The notes beneath the pieces are model-generated. The model saw nothing but the letters and a program-made list of their open reading frames with translations. It made no database searches and was not told the DNA's origin. A DNA stretch of 64,000 nt from Octopus bimaculoides (Eukaryota): the NCBI RefSeq assembly GCF_001194135.2, contig NC_068982.1, forward strand, positions 149,016,105-149,080,104, in the 5' to 3' direction. The position numbers and the translations under genes were made by a program. Positions 10,400 to 22,692 of the stretch are shown piece by piece (position 1 is the stretch's first letter; each line of letters starts with the position of its first letter).

Positions 10400-11080
10400 C
10401 TTGTTGTCTTAAAAAAATGGAATGACACATAGTATAATGTAGTTCCAGATTCAGTATGCTTGGATGTAACCAGGACTACTTTGTCTATTGTGTCCTTCCT
10501 ATTTTGAATGACAGGATATAATCTGAGGAAGATTTGGCTGTTGTTTCTTGAACGGTTCAGTAGCCTTGTTAAAAATTCCTCGTTGGCATTGCTACTGCTT
10601 CTGACTTCATTCATGTTTGTGCATTATTGCTATTATTTGTTGAATTTTTATTGCCATTGTTTTTGATATACCTATTGGAATTTGGCTGTTGTTATTGTTA
10701 TTGCAACTGTTTAACCCCAGGTCAAGCTTTTTTGAGTAAACTTATGATCAAAGATACTTCATCCATGACCATCTTATCACTTTTCAGGCTTTGTGTATTT
10801 TGGCCTTTATTATACAATATGTCCTGTTTTTGAAAATACTAGGTTGTTAGGTGAATGCTCATTTACTGCTGTTCTTGTTTTTCTTGTCTACACTCAAATC
10901 AGCTATGATTAAGTACAATTGCCATTCCACCCATGACCATTCCATACTTTTCTCAGGCATTGTCTATCTAGAATTACTTCATTCAACATGTTCTTTCATT
11001 TTCAAATCAGAAGGGTGTAATTTAATAGTGATTTGACTGCTATTCCTAGCAAGGCAAGCAACCATGTAGCTGCTCACCCA
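10400..11080 (-). repeat. Cluster of three decayed copies of a SINE 3' segment
   Basis: Repeated 'aa(c/t)agcagccaaat...aaaggacac...gatggtcatgg' motif, related to 12400-12460, 52255-52430 and 55470-55670. Confidence 0.55.
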
Positions 11081-12104
11081 TTTGCTTGTAGTGTTGTTGT
11101 TGATAGAAGTAGTGGTGGTAGTGATGTTCTTATTGTCAGTATTGCTGTTTATACTACCTGTGTTGTTGTTGTTGTTGTTGTTGGAAAGGCATCGCTCTTA
11201 CTTAAGTTCAATACCTGAATACATGCCAATACCTCAACCATATTATTCTAAGAGAATTCCTAATCAAAGTGTCATGTTTCCCTGACGATTCCAAACGGTG
11301 AAAAACTTTAAGTGATTTTTGGATCACATCCATTTCCAAACTAGTTTGGTAAGGTGGGTGCGTGATATGGCAAGAGAACAAGAAACAAGAAAAGAAGAAA
11401 ATGAACATGAAATAGAGAGTTAGAATAATAACAGTCTTGGTGGTGGTGGTGGTGGTGGNNNNNNNNNNNNNNNNNNNNNNNNNNNNNNNNNNNNNNNNNN
11501 NNNNNNNNNNNNNNNNNNNNNNNNNNNNNNNNNNNNNNNNNNNNNNNNNNNNNNNNNNNNNNNNNNNNNNNNNNNNNNGGTGGCGGTGGTGATGGTGGTG
11601 GTAGTGGTGGTGGTGGTCGTCGTGGCGGCGGCGGCGGCAGTGGCGGAGGTGGTGACGACAAAGGTTTAGATGATGGACATTCTCCTCAACCCCTCTCATT
11701 CCGCTGCTGTTAGTTATATTGCTTCTATTAATGAAAGCGCTAGCATCAATGGAGTCACAACCATTGTCAATGATGTGAGACATTAGGGATGGTGGAAAAT
11801 AACATCGTGGTACAATCAGTGTGTGATAAGGGTGACCATGGGGATAGTAATTATGGTTTTATTGAAAGAGCAGGCTAGCAGGATTAGTTGAGTATTAGAC
11901 CAAAAGAATTAAGCGAGTTAATTGTTGTCTCCCTCAACCTTTTTAGGTCTAATCTTAAATGGATGAAAAGTAATATTGTTCCATAATTCCAAGAATTGAT
12001 ATGTATAAAATAAAATGTACCAGTAATACATTGGTATTAAGTTCACTGATTTACACACTGATTTTTCAATTAAATTCAATTTTGGCTATTTAATCAAAGA
12101 AATG

Positions 12105-12470
12105 TGAAGGCACATGGTCAAGCAGTTAGGGTGTTACACTCAGAATCAGAAGATTGTGGTTTCAATTCTGGTAGTGCCTTGTGATCTTCAGCAAAACATT
12201 GCATTTCATATTGCTCCAGTCTTTTCAGCTATATATGAATAACTCTGCAATGAACTGTATCCCATCCAGGGGTAATGTTGAGATTTCGATCACTTGTATA
12301 CTATAGAAACTGAATAACTGGCCCTATGAGTCCCAAGACTCAAGAGAGTAATGTCCAGGGACTCAGTCCAAAAAGTGAAGAGTCTATACAGGCACTTGAC
12401 CTGTTAGAAAGATCAGCCAATCTTCCTCATATCACACTAACTGTATTAAAGAAGGATGGCAATACAATAT
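12105..12470 (+). mobile_element. tRNA-derived SINE family C
   Basis: A-box-like 'tggtcaagcagttagg' and B-box-like 'ggtttcaattc', then 'tgtatcccatccagggg'. Confidence 0.55.
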
Positions 12471-12639
12471 ACAAGTTTTACTCATCATATGTATTTTACA
12501 GCATTTTAAGTCTGCATTTTGTTAAATTATCAAAATTGTTCATTGCCTCTCAGTATGATGAATACTGGATTATTGATAAAATATTTAAGCTTGTTTTACA
12601 ATACCCCCATTCTATAAAAGGGACAGTGAATCCTTAAAC

Positions 12640-13140
12640 CTGTAAGATATGACTAAAAGTGTTGTTTATATGACATACCTATAGATGATATTACACGTAA
12701 AATCAGCAGCAACATTTCCAAAATGCCATTGATAGATTACGTTCCATGGAGCACAATGGTGTTGGCAAAATAATATACTGTGCCATACATTGGAAAAAAT
12801 GCTCTAAAACAAATATAGAAAATATTTCTAATGTTGAGTTCATTCATACGTTTTAACACAAGGAATATTGGTTGAACATTTCCATCAAAATGTCTGTCAA
12901 TAGAAATAGTTGTTTGGTGCAGAAAACAAGAATGATATACTGTTATAGAAGTCAGCTATACAGTGAATGTCAACATTTCTTTCAAAATCAATGAGGAAGA
13001 GAATATTTATGGAAAACTTCTGTAAACCCTAAGAGCTTCTCTATACAGATTATAAATTTACATATGCAGTCATCATCATTGGTGGCTTTGGTTATGTTAA
13101 AAAATGTCAAAGTTGTGACATTGAAAAGCTGTGATTTCAA
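12640..13140 (+). mobile_element. R4/Dong-clade LINE fragment (RLE endonuclease region)
   Basis: Parallels 19.85-20.25 kb (aaggaatattgg..., gaagtcagcta...gtgaatgtc...ttcaaaatcaatgag). Confidence 0.7.
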
Positions 13141-13416
13141 CTAAAATTAGTAAGTTGAAGAGTAGAAATATATAAGTAGTTTCTGAAATTCAGCATGTAC
13201 TCCCCCACTTTTATTGTTAAGTTCCAGCGGATGGGATTGGTTTCTCAACCAGGAACTAATCCATTTTTTTAGGAGGGATTCAAAAACACTGAAAGCAACC
13301 TCTTTCTTAGTTTTGTTTCATATCTGCCCTCAACCACCCACCACCTTTGTTCACCACTCACTGCATTCACTCTATGTGCCCCTGACATCCTCCACCCCTA
13401 TCACTATGCATCCCTT

Positions 13417-13479
<63 letters not shown>

Positions 13480-13789
13480 TTCTCCACCCCACACTGTTGC
13501 AGCTTTTACCCTCCCTCCCCTCTCACCATCTCCCTTTCTTTCATTCTTACCCTTTCTAGAGCTATGGTATAATTCTGCAGCTCTTTACCCCTCTACACTG
13601 TCACTCATCCCCTCTTCTCCCCTGGACCAATTCTAATCACATCAACCCTTCATTCTTATCACTTTTATCTCAGCTCATATTTACCATTGACCACTTTTCT
13701 ACCCTTGTTCACAATTAACTGCATTCACTCCTACCTCCATCTCTAACCATCTCACACTTGGACCTTAGTTCGTGGGACAAGTCACTAGG

Positions 13790-14240
13790 ATCTCAAAGAA
13801 CAGGATTGAATACAACAAAGCTTTCAAAACATAATCTTGACATATTAGCACTATGTGAAATTTGCTTTGTAGAAGAAGGCAAACTTATGGAAAGCAGACA
13901 AACTTTCAATTGTTGTTCTTAATGGAATATTAATGAGCACAGAGGAGCTAGCTTAGGCTTGTAATTACAAATGACATTGTAAAAGAACATGTCAGAGCTA
14001 AAAGAAATGAAAACAAGGGACTACTTCCATAAAATGAAAATGTAAGAATTATCAGCAATTATTCCCTTACAAGAATAAAGTCTGAAGATACTAAAAAGAA
14101 ACCCTTTGAAAACATGGACTCTCTTGTCAAATTTGTCACATCTAGAATGGTATTTATCTTTGGAAATTTTCAGGCAAGAGTTGATTAGAATTATGACATC
14201 TGAATGGGAGTAATAGGCAAGCATTGACTCAGAAGTTTAA
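13790..14240 (+). mobile_element. RTE/BovB-like LINE apurinic endonuclease remnant
   Basis: Reads LSKHNLDILALCEICFVEEG and ..FIFGNFQARVD..MGVIGKH, compared with RTE YNIDIAALSETRFAEEG and ILGDFNARVG..GVIGKHG. Confidence 0.75.
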
Positions 14241-14628
14241 TAGTTATGGATTTTTACTCCTGGACTATTGTGCTTAGATCAGTTTGATTATTTTGTATAT
14301 CTTGTTCTGTTTTCTTACACATTATAAATTATATGGATGCACCATCACTCATGGTTGTTGATTTTATTTGTATCATCATTACCAAAAATAAGGATGGCAA
14401 TAATACTGATCTCATTGTTAGACTGCTCAAAGACTGCTCATTTGAATACTTAAAGTTGTAACTATTGTGAAAAGAAATTCAGAAGACAAGACCATAAGAA
14501 AATTTAAGTGTTTTAAAACTAAAGGTTGTGAAATAATGATTCTCATCTACAAAAAGTGAGATAGAAAACTAAAAAGAAAATGTTAAACTTAAAAAAATTT
14601 AGTGTTGATACAAGTGTCGATACAAGTA

Positions 14629-14659
14629 CAGTATATCGAAGGCAGCCTTCGATATACTG
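14629..14659. repeat. Perfect 14-bp hairpin
   Basis: CAGTATATCGAAGG-cag-CCTTCGATATACTG. Confidence 0.95.
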
Positions 14660-15469
14660 AATAAAAATACACAGAAACAATGATTAGTCTGAAAAAATGA
14701 ACAATGAAAACATAGAACCCTCGTTAACCAAAAGAATAAATTGTTTCTTATTCTAATTCATGCGGTTGTTTCAGAGGATGTCTCCTAATGGAGACTAACA
14801 AAATCGTACACAAGTCCAGTTTAGACATTCAAAGATGTGGGTAGAGTAAAATAGCCATTTATGTATCTTATTTAATGTATATGCACTGTCAATAGGCTAG
14901 TTACTGCAGTATTTGTCCCAAGATAATATGTGTTATGGATTTGTTGTATAAAAATCACATTGAGTATTAGGTAAAGACAAGGCCTTGTCCCAGCAGCAGC
15001 AGCCAACAATAATATCAGGTACATTTCAACCTTTTTAAGGTCACATACTCAGATAGGAATTTTTTGTCTCTGATATAAGAAGAGGTGATTAAAATATTTG
15101 CTGATTTTCCAAATAGCTGCCTGGCTGATTAAATATCTGGTATATGAAATTGAAAGAGTGTTTAATTAAAACAGCCTTCTATAATCATGCTTAATGTATA
15201 CACAATGTTGATAGTGCCAAATTCATTTCAGTTTATAGGAAATCCATGAGAGATGTTATCGCAAAATAAGTACTGCAGTAACTGGCCTATTGAGTATGTG
15301 TATATATTAAATATGATATAAGGATGGCTATTTTAATCAAACACTGCTTTGATTGCATATTCCAGGAAACAAAAATAGAGATAGGAGGAGCAATAAAATT
15401 TTTGTTAATGTCTGAAAGAATTATACAGCATCATCCTTTGGGATGATTATCTTTGTTAAATTCAAACAG

Positions 15470-15870
15470 CAGCATTGAAATTTTTTAAAGTAAAGTTAGA
15501 AAATTCTGAACAATTTAGCTGAACACTTTCAAAACATTTTCAATAATAAATCCACAATAAAGAAGCAATTGATGTAGATCTATCTGATCCACCTAACTCT
15601 TTTGAAGCCATTGATGCAACTAAATAGCTTCCAAATAATAAACACTCAGGTGCAGATGTTATCCAAGTTAGAATTTACAAAGCTGGCTCTCATATTGATT
15701 GACAAATTTCTTAAATTGTTTAATCTTATATGGCAGAAGGAAGGTGCCCCACAAGACTTGAAAGATGCTTCAAACAATCAGTTTTAGATGTATAAGGGTA
15801 ACAGGCATGTGACATATCACTGTGGTATTTTCCCTTTATCAATATTTGGCTAAATCATTAGGGCATCAGT
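15470..15870 (+). mobile_element. RTE/BovB-like LINE reverse transcriptase N-terminal remnant
   Basis: Reads AEHFQNIFN..SGADVIQVRIYKAG..LFNLIWQKEGAPQDLKDAS..KGNR, as in RTE RT. Confidence 0.8.
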
Positions 15871-15986
15871 AAAAATGGCTTGTGGCATTTGTTCTGGCTC
15901 TTTATGTTCTGAGTTCAAATCACATTAAGGTCAAATCTATCTTATATTCCTTTTTGGTCAATAGAATTAAGTAGTATCTAAATATT

Positions 15987-16367
15987 CTTTTCTATTCTAG
16001 GCATAAGGCCTGAAATTTTTGTGGGGAGATGGCAATCAATTAGATCGACCCCAGTACATAACAGGTACTTAATTTATCGACTCCGAAAGGATGAAAGGCA
16101 AAGTCGACCTTGGTGGAATTTGAACTTAGAACGTAAAGACAGACAAAATACTGCTATGCATTTAGCCCAGCATGCTAACGTTTCTGCTAGCTTACTGCCT
16201 TAAGTATTATCTAAATATTCTTTTCTACTCTAAGCACAAGGCCCAAAATTTTGGGGTGGGGGGTCAGGTGATTAGATCGACCCCAGAATGCAACTGGTAC
16301 CTAATTTATCGACCCTGAAAGGATGAAAGGTGAAGTCGACCTTGGCGGAATTTGAATTCAGAATGTA
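15987..16367 (-). mobile_element. Two head-to-tail SINE family A copies separated and flanked by the same 16-bp repeat
   Basis: gtagtatctaaatatt at 15971-15986; gtattatctaaatatt at 16204-16219 and 16368-16383. Confidence 0.85.
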
Positions 16368-16849
16368 GTATTATCTAAATATTGAAGTCATTATAATCAG
16401 CTAATACCTTCACTGCAAAAAAAATTTCTGGTCTCGTACCTAAACTAGAAATGATATTTGGCAATAACTTGGCCAATGTCCAAGAGAAGTCTTTACAGGA
16501 ATTGAGAATATAAGTTACAGGTAAACGCATAAAGCATAAGACAAAATAAACTGCATGCTTTAAAACAAAAAACAAACATACAAACGAACAAGCTAGGCTA
16601 AATAAAATTGATATGACTAGTATCAGATTGGTAGAATTAGTAAAGCATCTACTAAAAAGCCTGATATTAAGCTAAAGTTTGTTTTTACGGTCTGAGTTGA
16701 AATTCTATGATTGTTATCTTTGCTTTTTAGTCTTTTCAAAATAAAGCATCAGTCAAATCAATAATTCGATTTAATATTGTTGTAGAAATTACAATAGAAG
16801 ATTACATGTAGTCAATAACACATAATGTAGTCAACAATACTGGTTTAAA

Positions 16850-17055
16850 AATTTTGGCGCAAGGCCTGCAATTTCAAGGAATGGAGCAAGTAGATTACAT
16901 CGGCTCTAGTACACAACTCGTATATATTTTATCAATTCCAAAAGAATGGAGGACAAAGTTGACCCTGGTGGAATTTGAACTCAGTAAGTTAAGTCAAAAG
17001 AAATGCTCTAAATATTTTTTGCCAAGTGTGCTAACAATTTTGCCAGCTCACCACC
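16850..17055 (-). mobile_element. SINE family A copy
   Basis: gacaaagttgaccctggtggaatttgaactcag...gtgtgctaacaattttgccagctcaccacctt. Confidence 0.75.
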
Positions 17056-17159
17056 TTAACAACTTCACTAATGTATATGTGTGTGGTATAGATATATGTG
17101 TTTGTGTGTGTTTGGGTGTATGTGTAAGCATACATGCAAACACACACAAATACACACAC

Positions 17160-17400
17160 ATAAGGCAACAGGTAATGGTTAAGAGGTTTGTTTGACATTT
17201 CTGAGTTCAATCCAATTGAAATATATGCTGAGAAATAATCTACTATCCTATCCTTCAATCAACAAAAGTCTTGTAAGTGAAATTTGGCAAATGGAAACTG
17301 TGAAGGAGTCTTTTAGGACTGTTCCTGCTTTTGGCAAGCATTTGGCTCTCTTTACTGAAGTTCTCATAGTTATAAGCATTTGAACCAAGTCTTCAGTCTG
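17160..17400 (+). mobile_element. Degraded tRNA-derived SINE (family B-like)
   Basis: ggtaatggttaagagg...gagttcaatcc head; caaaagtcttgtaagtgaaatttggcaaatggaaactg body. Confidence 0.5.
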
Positions 17401-17469
17401 AGAATAATTCTCACCCATCATATGGATGGCAAAAGGAAACAAAAGAATGAATCCTTTCAGCCCCCACCC

Positions 17470-17585
17470 CCACTCTCTCTCTCTCTGTATTCCTCTCCCT
17501 CTCTCTCTCTGTATTCCTCTCCCTCTCTCTCTCTGTATTCCTCTCCCTCTCTCTCTCTGTATTTCTCTCCCTCTCTCTCTCTCTT
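17470..17585. repeat. Minisatellite with a unit of about 24 bp, 4 copies
   Basis: (ctctctctctgtattcctctcc)n. Confidence 0.85.
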
Positions 17586-18279
17586 TTTACCTATCTGTCT
17601 GTCTCTCTGTCTTTCTCTTCGTCCATTCATCCATCAAACCATCTATCCACCTATCTATCTCACTAACACTTTGATTTAAAAATCATTGATTGAAAAAAAA
17701 AAACATACGCTTTCTGGTTTAAAATACTTATCTGATTTCCATAGATAATTGGAACTGGCCCAAAATTTTAAGTCACTCTCAATACTATTGTTAAAGAATT
17801 ATATATATTTGTACTCTGCAAAAGTATTGAATAATTCTTTAGTTTCATGTACAATTGTCTTTATTATTACTTAACATAGAAATAAACATTAACCCATGTC
17901 AGCAGGGAAAGCAGATGTTAATGGTGATGATGATGATGATGACGACGACGACGACGATGACGATGATAATGATGATGATGACGACGATGATATAGGTGTG
18001 TGTGTGTGTGTGTATACCTGCACACACACACACACACACATATGCATATATATGTTCAAACACAAATATATATGGATACATACATGCACACACATGCACA
18101 TGTACACACATATATATAGATGTGTGTGAGTGTGTCTGTTTGTCTGTCTGTGTACATCATACATACAAATATACATACAATACTGATGAGCTGGCAAGCA
18201 GAACAAAGGGTGAATAGAGATGTGTCAAAAACTTCTTTTTATGAATAAAGATGTACTATCTAAAGTAGGAAAATATCAC

Positions 18280-20340
18280 AGGAATCTTGTGACAGTATGG
18301 CTCAATGATAGGAAAATGATTGACCCTATTCCCCATACACGGTACTCAAAATTTTGTACTCAGCAAGAATACTTGCTGCCTTAGTGGCTGACATTGAGAG
18401 GTTCACAAGAACCTGGGCAATAACCCTCACTCTTATAATTGAGAGCAGGACTATCATCTCTGATATTATAAATACTTCAGCAAAAAAACTCCAAAAAGAT
18501 AGTCTTTCTATAATTTTGTTTATTTTGGCAGTTAATCCATTATTGTTTTTGTAACAAAAATCCTAGGTGCACATGTTAGGGTCTAAAACTGCGTGAGATA
18601 TCAATGTAACCCATAATTTCTTTGTGTATGACCTGAAGATAAAAATGTTTACCATGCCAAAAAGCAGCTGGAGTTAATAACAACATTTTCTGCTGACATA
18701 GGAATGGAATTTGGCCAAGAGATACATTCATATTTAATTGCTGAATGTACAAAATCAATTCCCCAAACACCAAACCTGCACATCAACGGTGACTCTATTT
18801 CTACTCTTCTTCACAAAGAATGCTACAAATCCTTAAGCATTGATGAAAATATATCATACAAAAAGAGCTTTGAATAAAGATAGAGTGACCCAAGAATACT
18901 ACACCAGATGCAGAAAAATATAGCTGCCAGAACACTCTTCTAACAACAAGACGATATCCTGCAAAACATTTGCAATACCCATACTGACTCTAACATTTGG
19001 GATGCTTGACTGGTCTGTAAAGGGAATTAATTTCATAGATATTAAAACCCACTAGACCCTAACATCAACAGGAAACTTCCACAGAAACTGGGATATCAGC
19101 AGACTCTACTTAAGAAGTAATTGAAGAAGGTTGAGCCTTGAGATCAGTGTTGGCAGCCTTCGAGTGTCGTATAGTATTTCTCACAGCAGATGCTAAACAA
19201 CAGCAGCAAAAATTCGTATATGCACTTACTGCTGAAGAGCTAAGGGAACAACATCCTATTTGCCAGCAGTGAGCTCCTCAGGAAGTATTCTCTTTCTGAT
19301 GAACCTCCAGACAACCCCAAAATAGTTGGACTAATATATCCCAAAGAAAGCCTAAATATGAAATAGCACACCAAAAAAGATGTTTCCTGGAGGTCTGAAG
19401 ATGATACTAATAATAGTTTCAAATTTTGGTACAAGGCCAGTAATTTCAGGGGAAGGGATAGAGTGATTACATTGACCCAAGTGCTCAACTGATACTTATT
19501 TTATCGACCCTAAAATGATGAAAGGCAAAGTCAACCCCAGCAGAATTTGAACTCAGAACGTAAAGACAGACAAAATGCTGATAAGCATTTCACCCAGAAT
19601 GTTGCCTTGAAGATGACATTAATATTTACATAAAAGTTCAATTTCTCTTGAACTCATGATTGCTACATCACATCACACTTCAAAGACTATGCATTTGCCA
19701 TCCAAGAACAAAGAAAACTACAAAATATCTAATAAGCAAAAAAGACAGTGAAACCAATGGAGAATAAGATATAATCAGAAATGTTGAGTATGTCACATTT
19801 CTGTTGAAGATATCATACCAAATGTCATCATGGTACTACTAATATGACATGATGTTGTCACTGAAACAATATACAATGCCATCTAAAAACAAGACTGTTT
19901 GGGGATAAATATAGAGAATCTCCCTTTTATTGAATACATAAGCATCAACACAAGGAATATTTGTGGAAGATTCCCATAAAATCACTTACCAAGTGCAAAC
20001 ATAATAGGCCGGATACAGTTGTTTGGGACAGACAAGTAAAAGTATGTACTGTCATAGAGGTCAGCTGCTCTGCTGATGTGAATATCTCTTCAAAAATCAA
20101 AGAAAGATGATAACATGGACAGCTGCTTTAAAACTTGCAGCTTCTATATTTCAGATTATAAATTCACATTAATTCCAATAATAATTGGTGCACTTGGTTT
20201 TGTGAGTAAATGCATGAGTGACTATTTTGAAAAGCTAGGTTTTCAGATAAAGGAATCATCCAGCTACCATAAACAGTGTAAATACAATCTGTTAGATGCA
20301 CAGTCAAAATATGCAAGACTTTTCTCAAGTTCAAATTATG
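18280..20340 (+). mobile_element. Decayed R4/Dong-clade non-LTR retrotransposon (RT, CCHC and RLE domains), interrupted by a SINE
   Basis: Motifs DSLSIILFILAVNPL, THNFFVYDLK (xxDD site decayed), DYAFAIQEQ, *HDVVTETIYNAI, PDTVVWD, IEVSCSADVNISSKIKE, LIPIIIGALGFV. Confidence 0.85.
19412..19610 (-). mobile_element. SINE family A nested in the R4 element
   Basis: gatgaaaggcaaagtcaacc..gaatttgaactcagaacg; flanks tgaagatgatactaata / tgaagatgacattaata. Confidence 0.8.
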
Positions 20341-21594
20341 ACATTGTTTTTGTTATCTGCATTCCACAGATGAAGCTTATCGTTGTTAGAAACTTCAAAT
20401 AATTAAAAACAGAAAAAAACATACACACACACATGCATGCATTCATACATACATACACACATACATACATACATGTGTGAATAAAAGTTTGTTACTGAGA
20501 GAAATAATGACTTGTTATAAACATTGTGGATAAATTATATATTGAAGAATTAAGATGTACACTTCTTCCAGTTCAGATATTTCTATGAACAATTGGTATA
20601 ATTGTCTTATGGCAGGATGCCCTTCTTAGTTGCAATTACTCAGCCATGAATAGGAGAATAGTGTTTTCAGTAACATCACTACATATCTCCATTTCCATAA
20701 AACATGTGTTTAAAGAAGACACTAATCCTATATGATGGTCCAAAGTTATTTTCATTTCTAAAACTTTATTTTCTGATTCAAATGTTTTCATGCATTTTCC
20801 TTCCTCCAATTACTGACATTTCTGAAGTAACTGTTACCAATGTTGATGATAATTATAGTACTTTCTGAGTCTGACTGTGTTTGAGATGATGGTTTTGTAC
20901 AAATGGAGAAAGGGAGGAAAATCTCCATTGTTATTCTGCCAATAATCTTCCATTGCAAGAAGATGCGAAGCCAGAGGTGAAAATTGATAAATCAGTTTTG
21001 CTAGATTCTTTACAGATAACTGTAATAAAAGTTACTTACTGAGTGAAACATTTCATTTTTATCATGATCTATGCAAGCTGTTCAAGTTTTTCAGAAGTTA
21101 ATGACCTTTGACGACACAAAACTGTTAAGGAGGCTTTTGGCTTTCCATTATATAACATTTAAAGTACTAAGAATACTGCAGTACAAACTAAACAAACGAA
21201 TAGGTGAATTGAAGAAGTAAATAAATATATTTAACAATAAATCAATAAAGATATAAATAAAGAGATAATGGCTGAGATAAGTCATACATAACAGGTAAAT
21301 TATTTCTGCTCCCTGGACAATTTGGCTATAAAGAGAGGATTTTTTACATTAATATTGGCTATAAACTCTTGGTGGCAGATAGGACAGAGGTCAGATATAT
21401 AACCCAATGTTAATTCCCAGTAGAATTCACTCCTGTAATAATACTCTTTTGAAATGCATTAACGCCTACAATATTCCTCTTAAATTTTCCTAAAAAATAG
21501 TGGGACTTTGATCTATTATTAACTTTGACAGACACATCCTTCAAATATTTGGAAATATACTGAAATTTAAAATATAGTATTATAATTTACAGCT

Positions 21595-22490
21595 GAACAC
21601 TGCCACTGGCATCAGCGAGCTGATCAATATTGTTGTCTTTAAGGTTTTCTAATTATCCACAGTTTTGGGGAGTGATATTCAGAATGACTTTACCATATTT
21701 CTGATGAGATGGGTAAATGTAGACTATAAGAAGTCAAAACTAGATTTTTTTTCTGTTTTGCTCTGCAGATTGCAACTGCCATTGTTAAACCTTACAATTT
21801 TATTCTTACTACTCACACAACATTGGAACACCCTGACTGCACTTTTAAGGTGGGTCCATATACAACATGTGTCAACATAATTTAGATATTGAAAGACCCA
21901 CTTACACTAACCTGAACAGGTTAGTTACTCAGGTTCTCAGTTCTCTCACAGAATCTCTGTATTTTGATGGGACTTTAAATCACAAAACTCACTGAGCAAA
22001 ACATCAATGTACAACCTTTCAGTTTTGTTTCTGATTTCAAGCTAATGAAGAACCATATCTAAGAATTTGCTTTCCTCTTGTTACATATTCTCCTATTTTC
22101 CAGCAGGGAAACTCCACTATGAATAACTGACAGTTTCAATATTATTCTTTTAGTCAATGACTAAATAAATAACTTGTTGCAGTTGCTCCTCTGCTTATTG
22201 ATATCAGTGACAGGTTTCTAAATTTCCTGTAAATTCTGTAGGCTATGTTTATTTATGCCAATGTGCCTCTCTGTTAGCTGTGGAGTTTGAGTCATACAGA
22301 ATCCAAGCATTGATAATATTGACATTGGAAGTTCTGAAGTTGAATTTTGTTAATTTTTGATCATGGCTTTGACAAAGATCTCAATAAATTGTACACAAAT
22401 GCTTCCATATAAACTTTCATCAATTAGATGGGAGGTAATATTTCCCATGGTCAGACAGGTTTTGTGGAAAATTAGATACAAACAACATTG
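21595..22490 (+). pseudogene. Alpha-tubulin pseudogene fragment, frameshifted with stops
   Basis: Frame-shifting reads [94 protein letters not shown] and PYLRICFPLVTYSPI are colinear with alpha-tubulin about aa 125-285. Similarity beyond 22130 is weak. Confidence 0.9.
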
Positions 22491-22654
22491 CTCGTATAAT
22501 GGTGATACTCATTTACAATCATCATGTGAAATCAACACAAACACACACACACATTATATATATNNNNNNNNNNNNNNNNNNNNNNNNNNNNNNNNNNNNN
22601 NNNNNNNNNNNNNNNNNNNNNNNNNNNNNNNNNNNNNNNNNNNNNNNNNNNNNN

Positions 22655-22692
<38 letters not shown>

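Noticed and set aside
10252-10614. 120-aa ORF MNEVRSSSNANEEFL...
   Set aside because: Largely derived from a decayed SINE-tail repeat; it crosses the putative acceptor in a different frame.
18184-18215. CTGATGA-GCT-GGCA-AGC-AGAAC as a hammerhead
   Set aside because: GAAA is disrupted, there is no NUH site, and there is no stem I.
20830-21030. Stop-free frame of about 60 codons on the minus strand after a ttttattacag acceptor
   Set aside because: No recognisable product and no suitable donor; compatible with chance.
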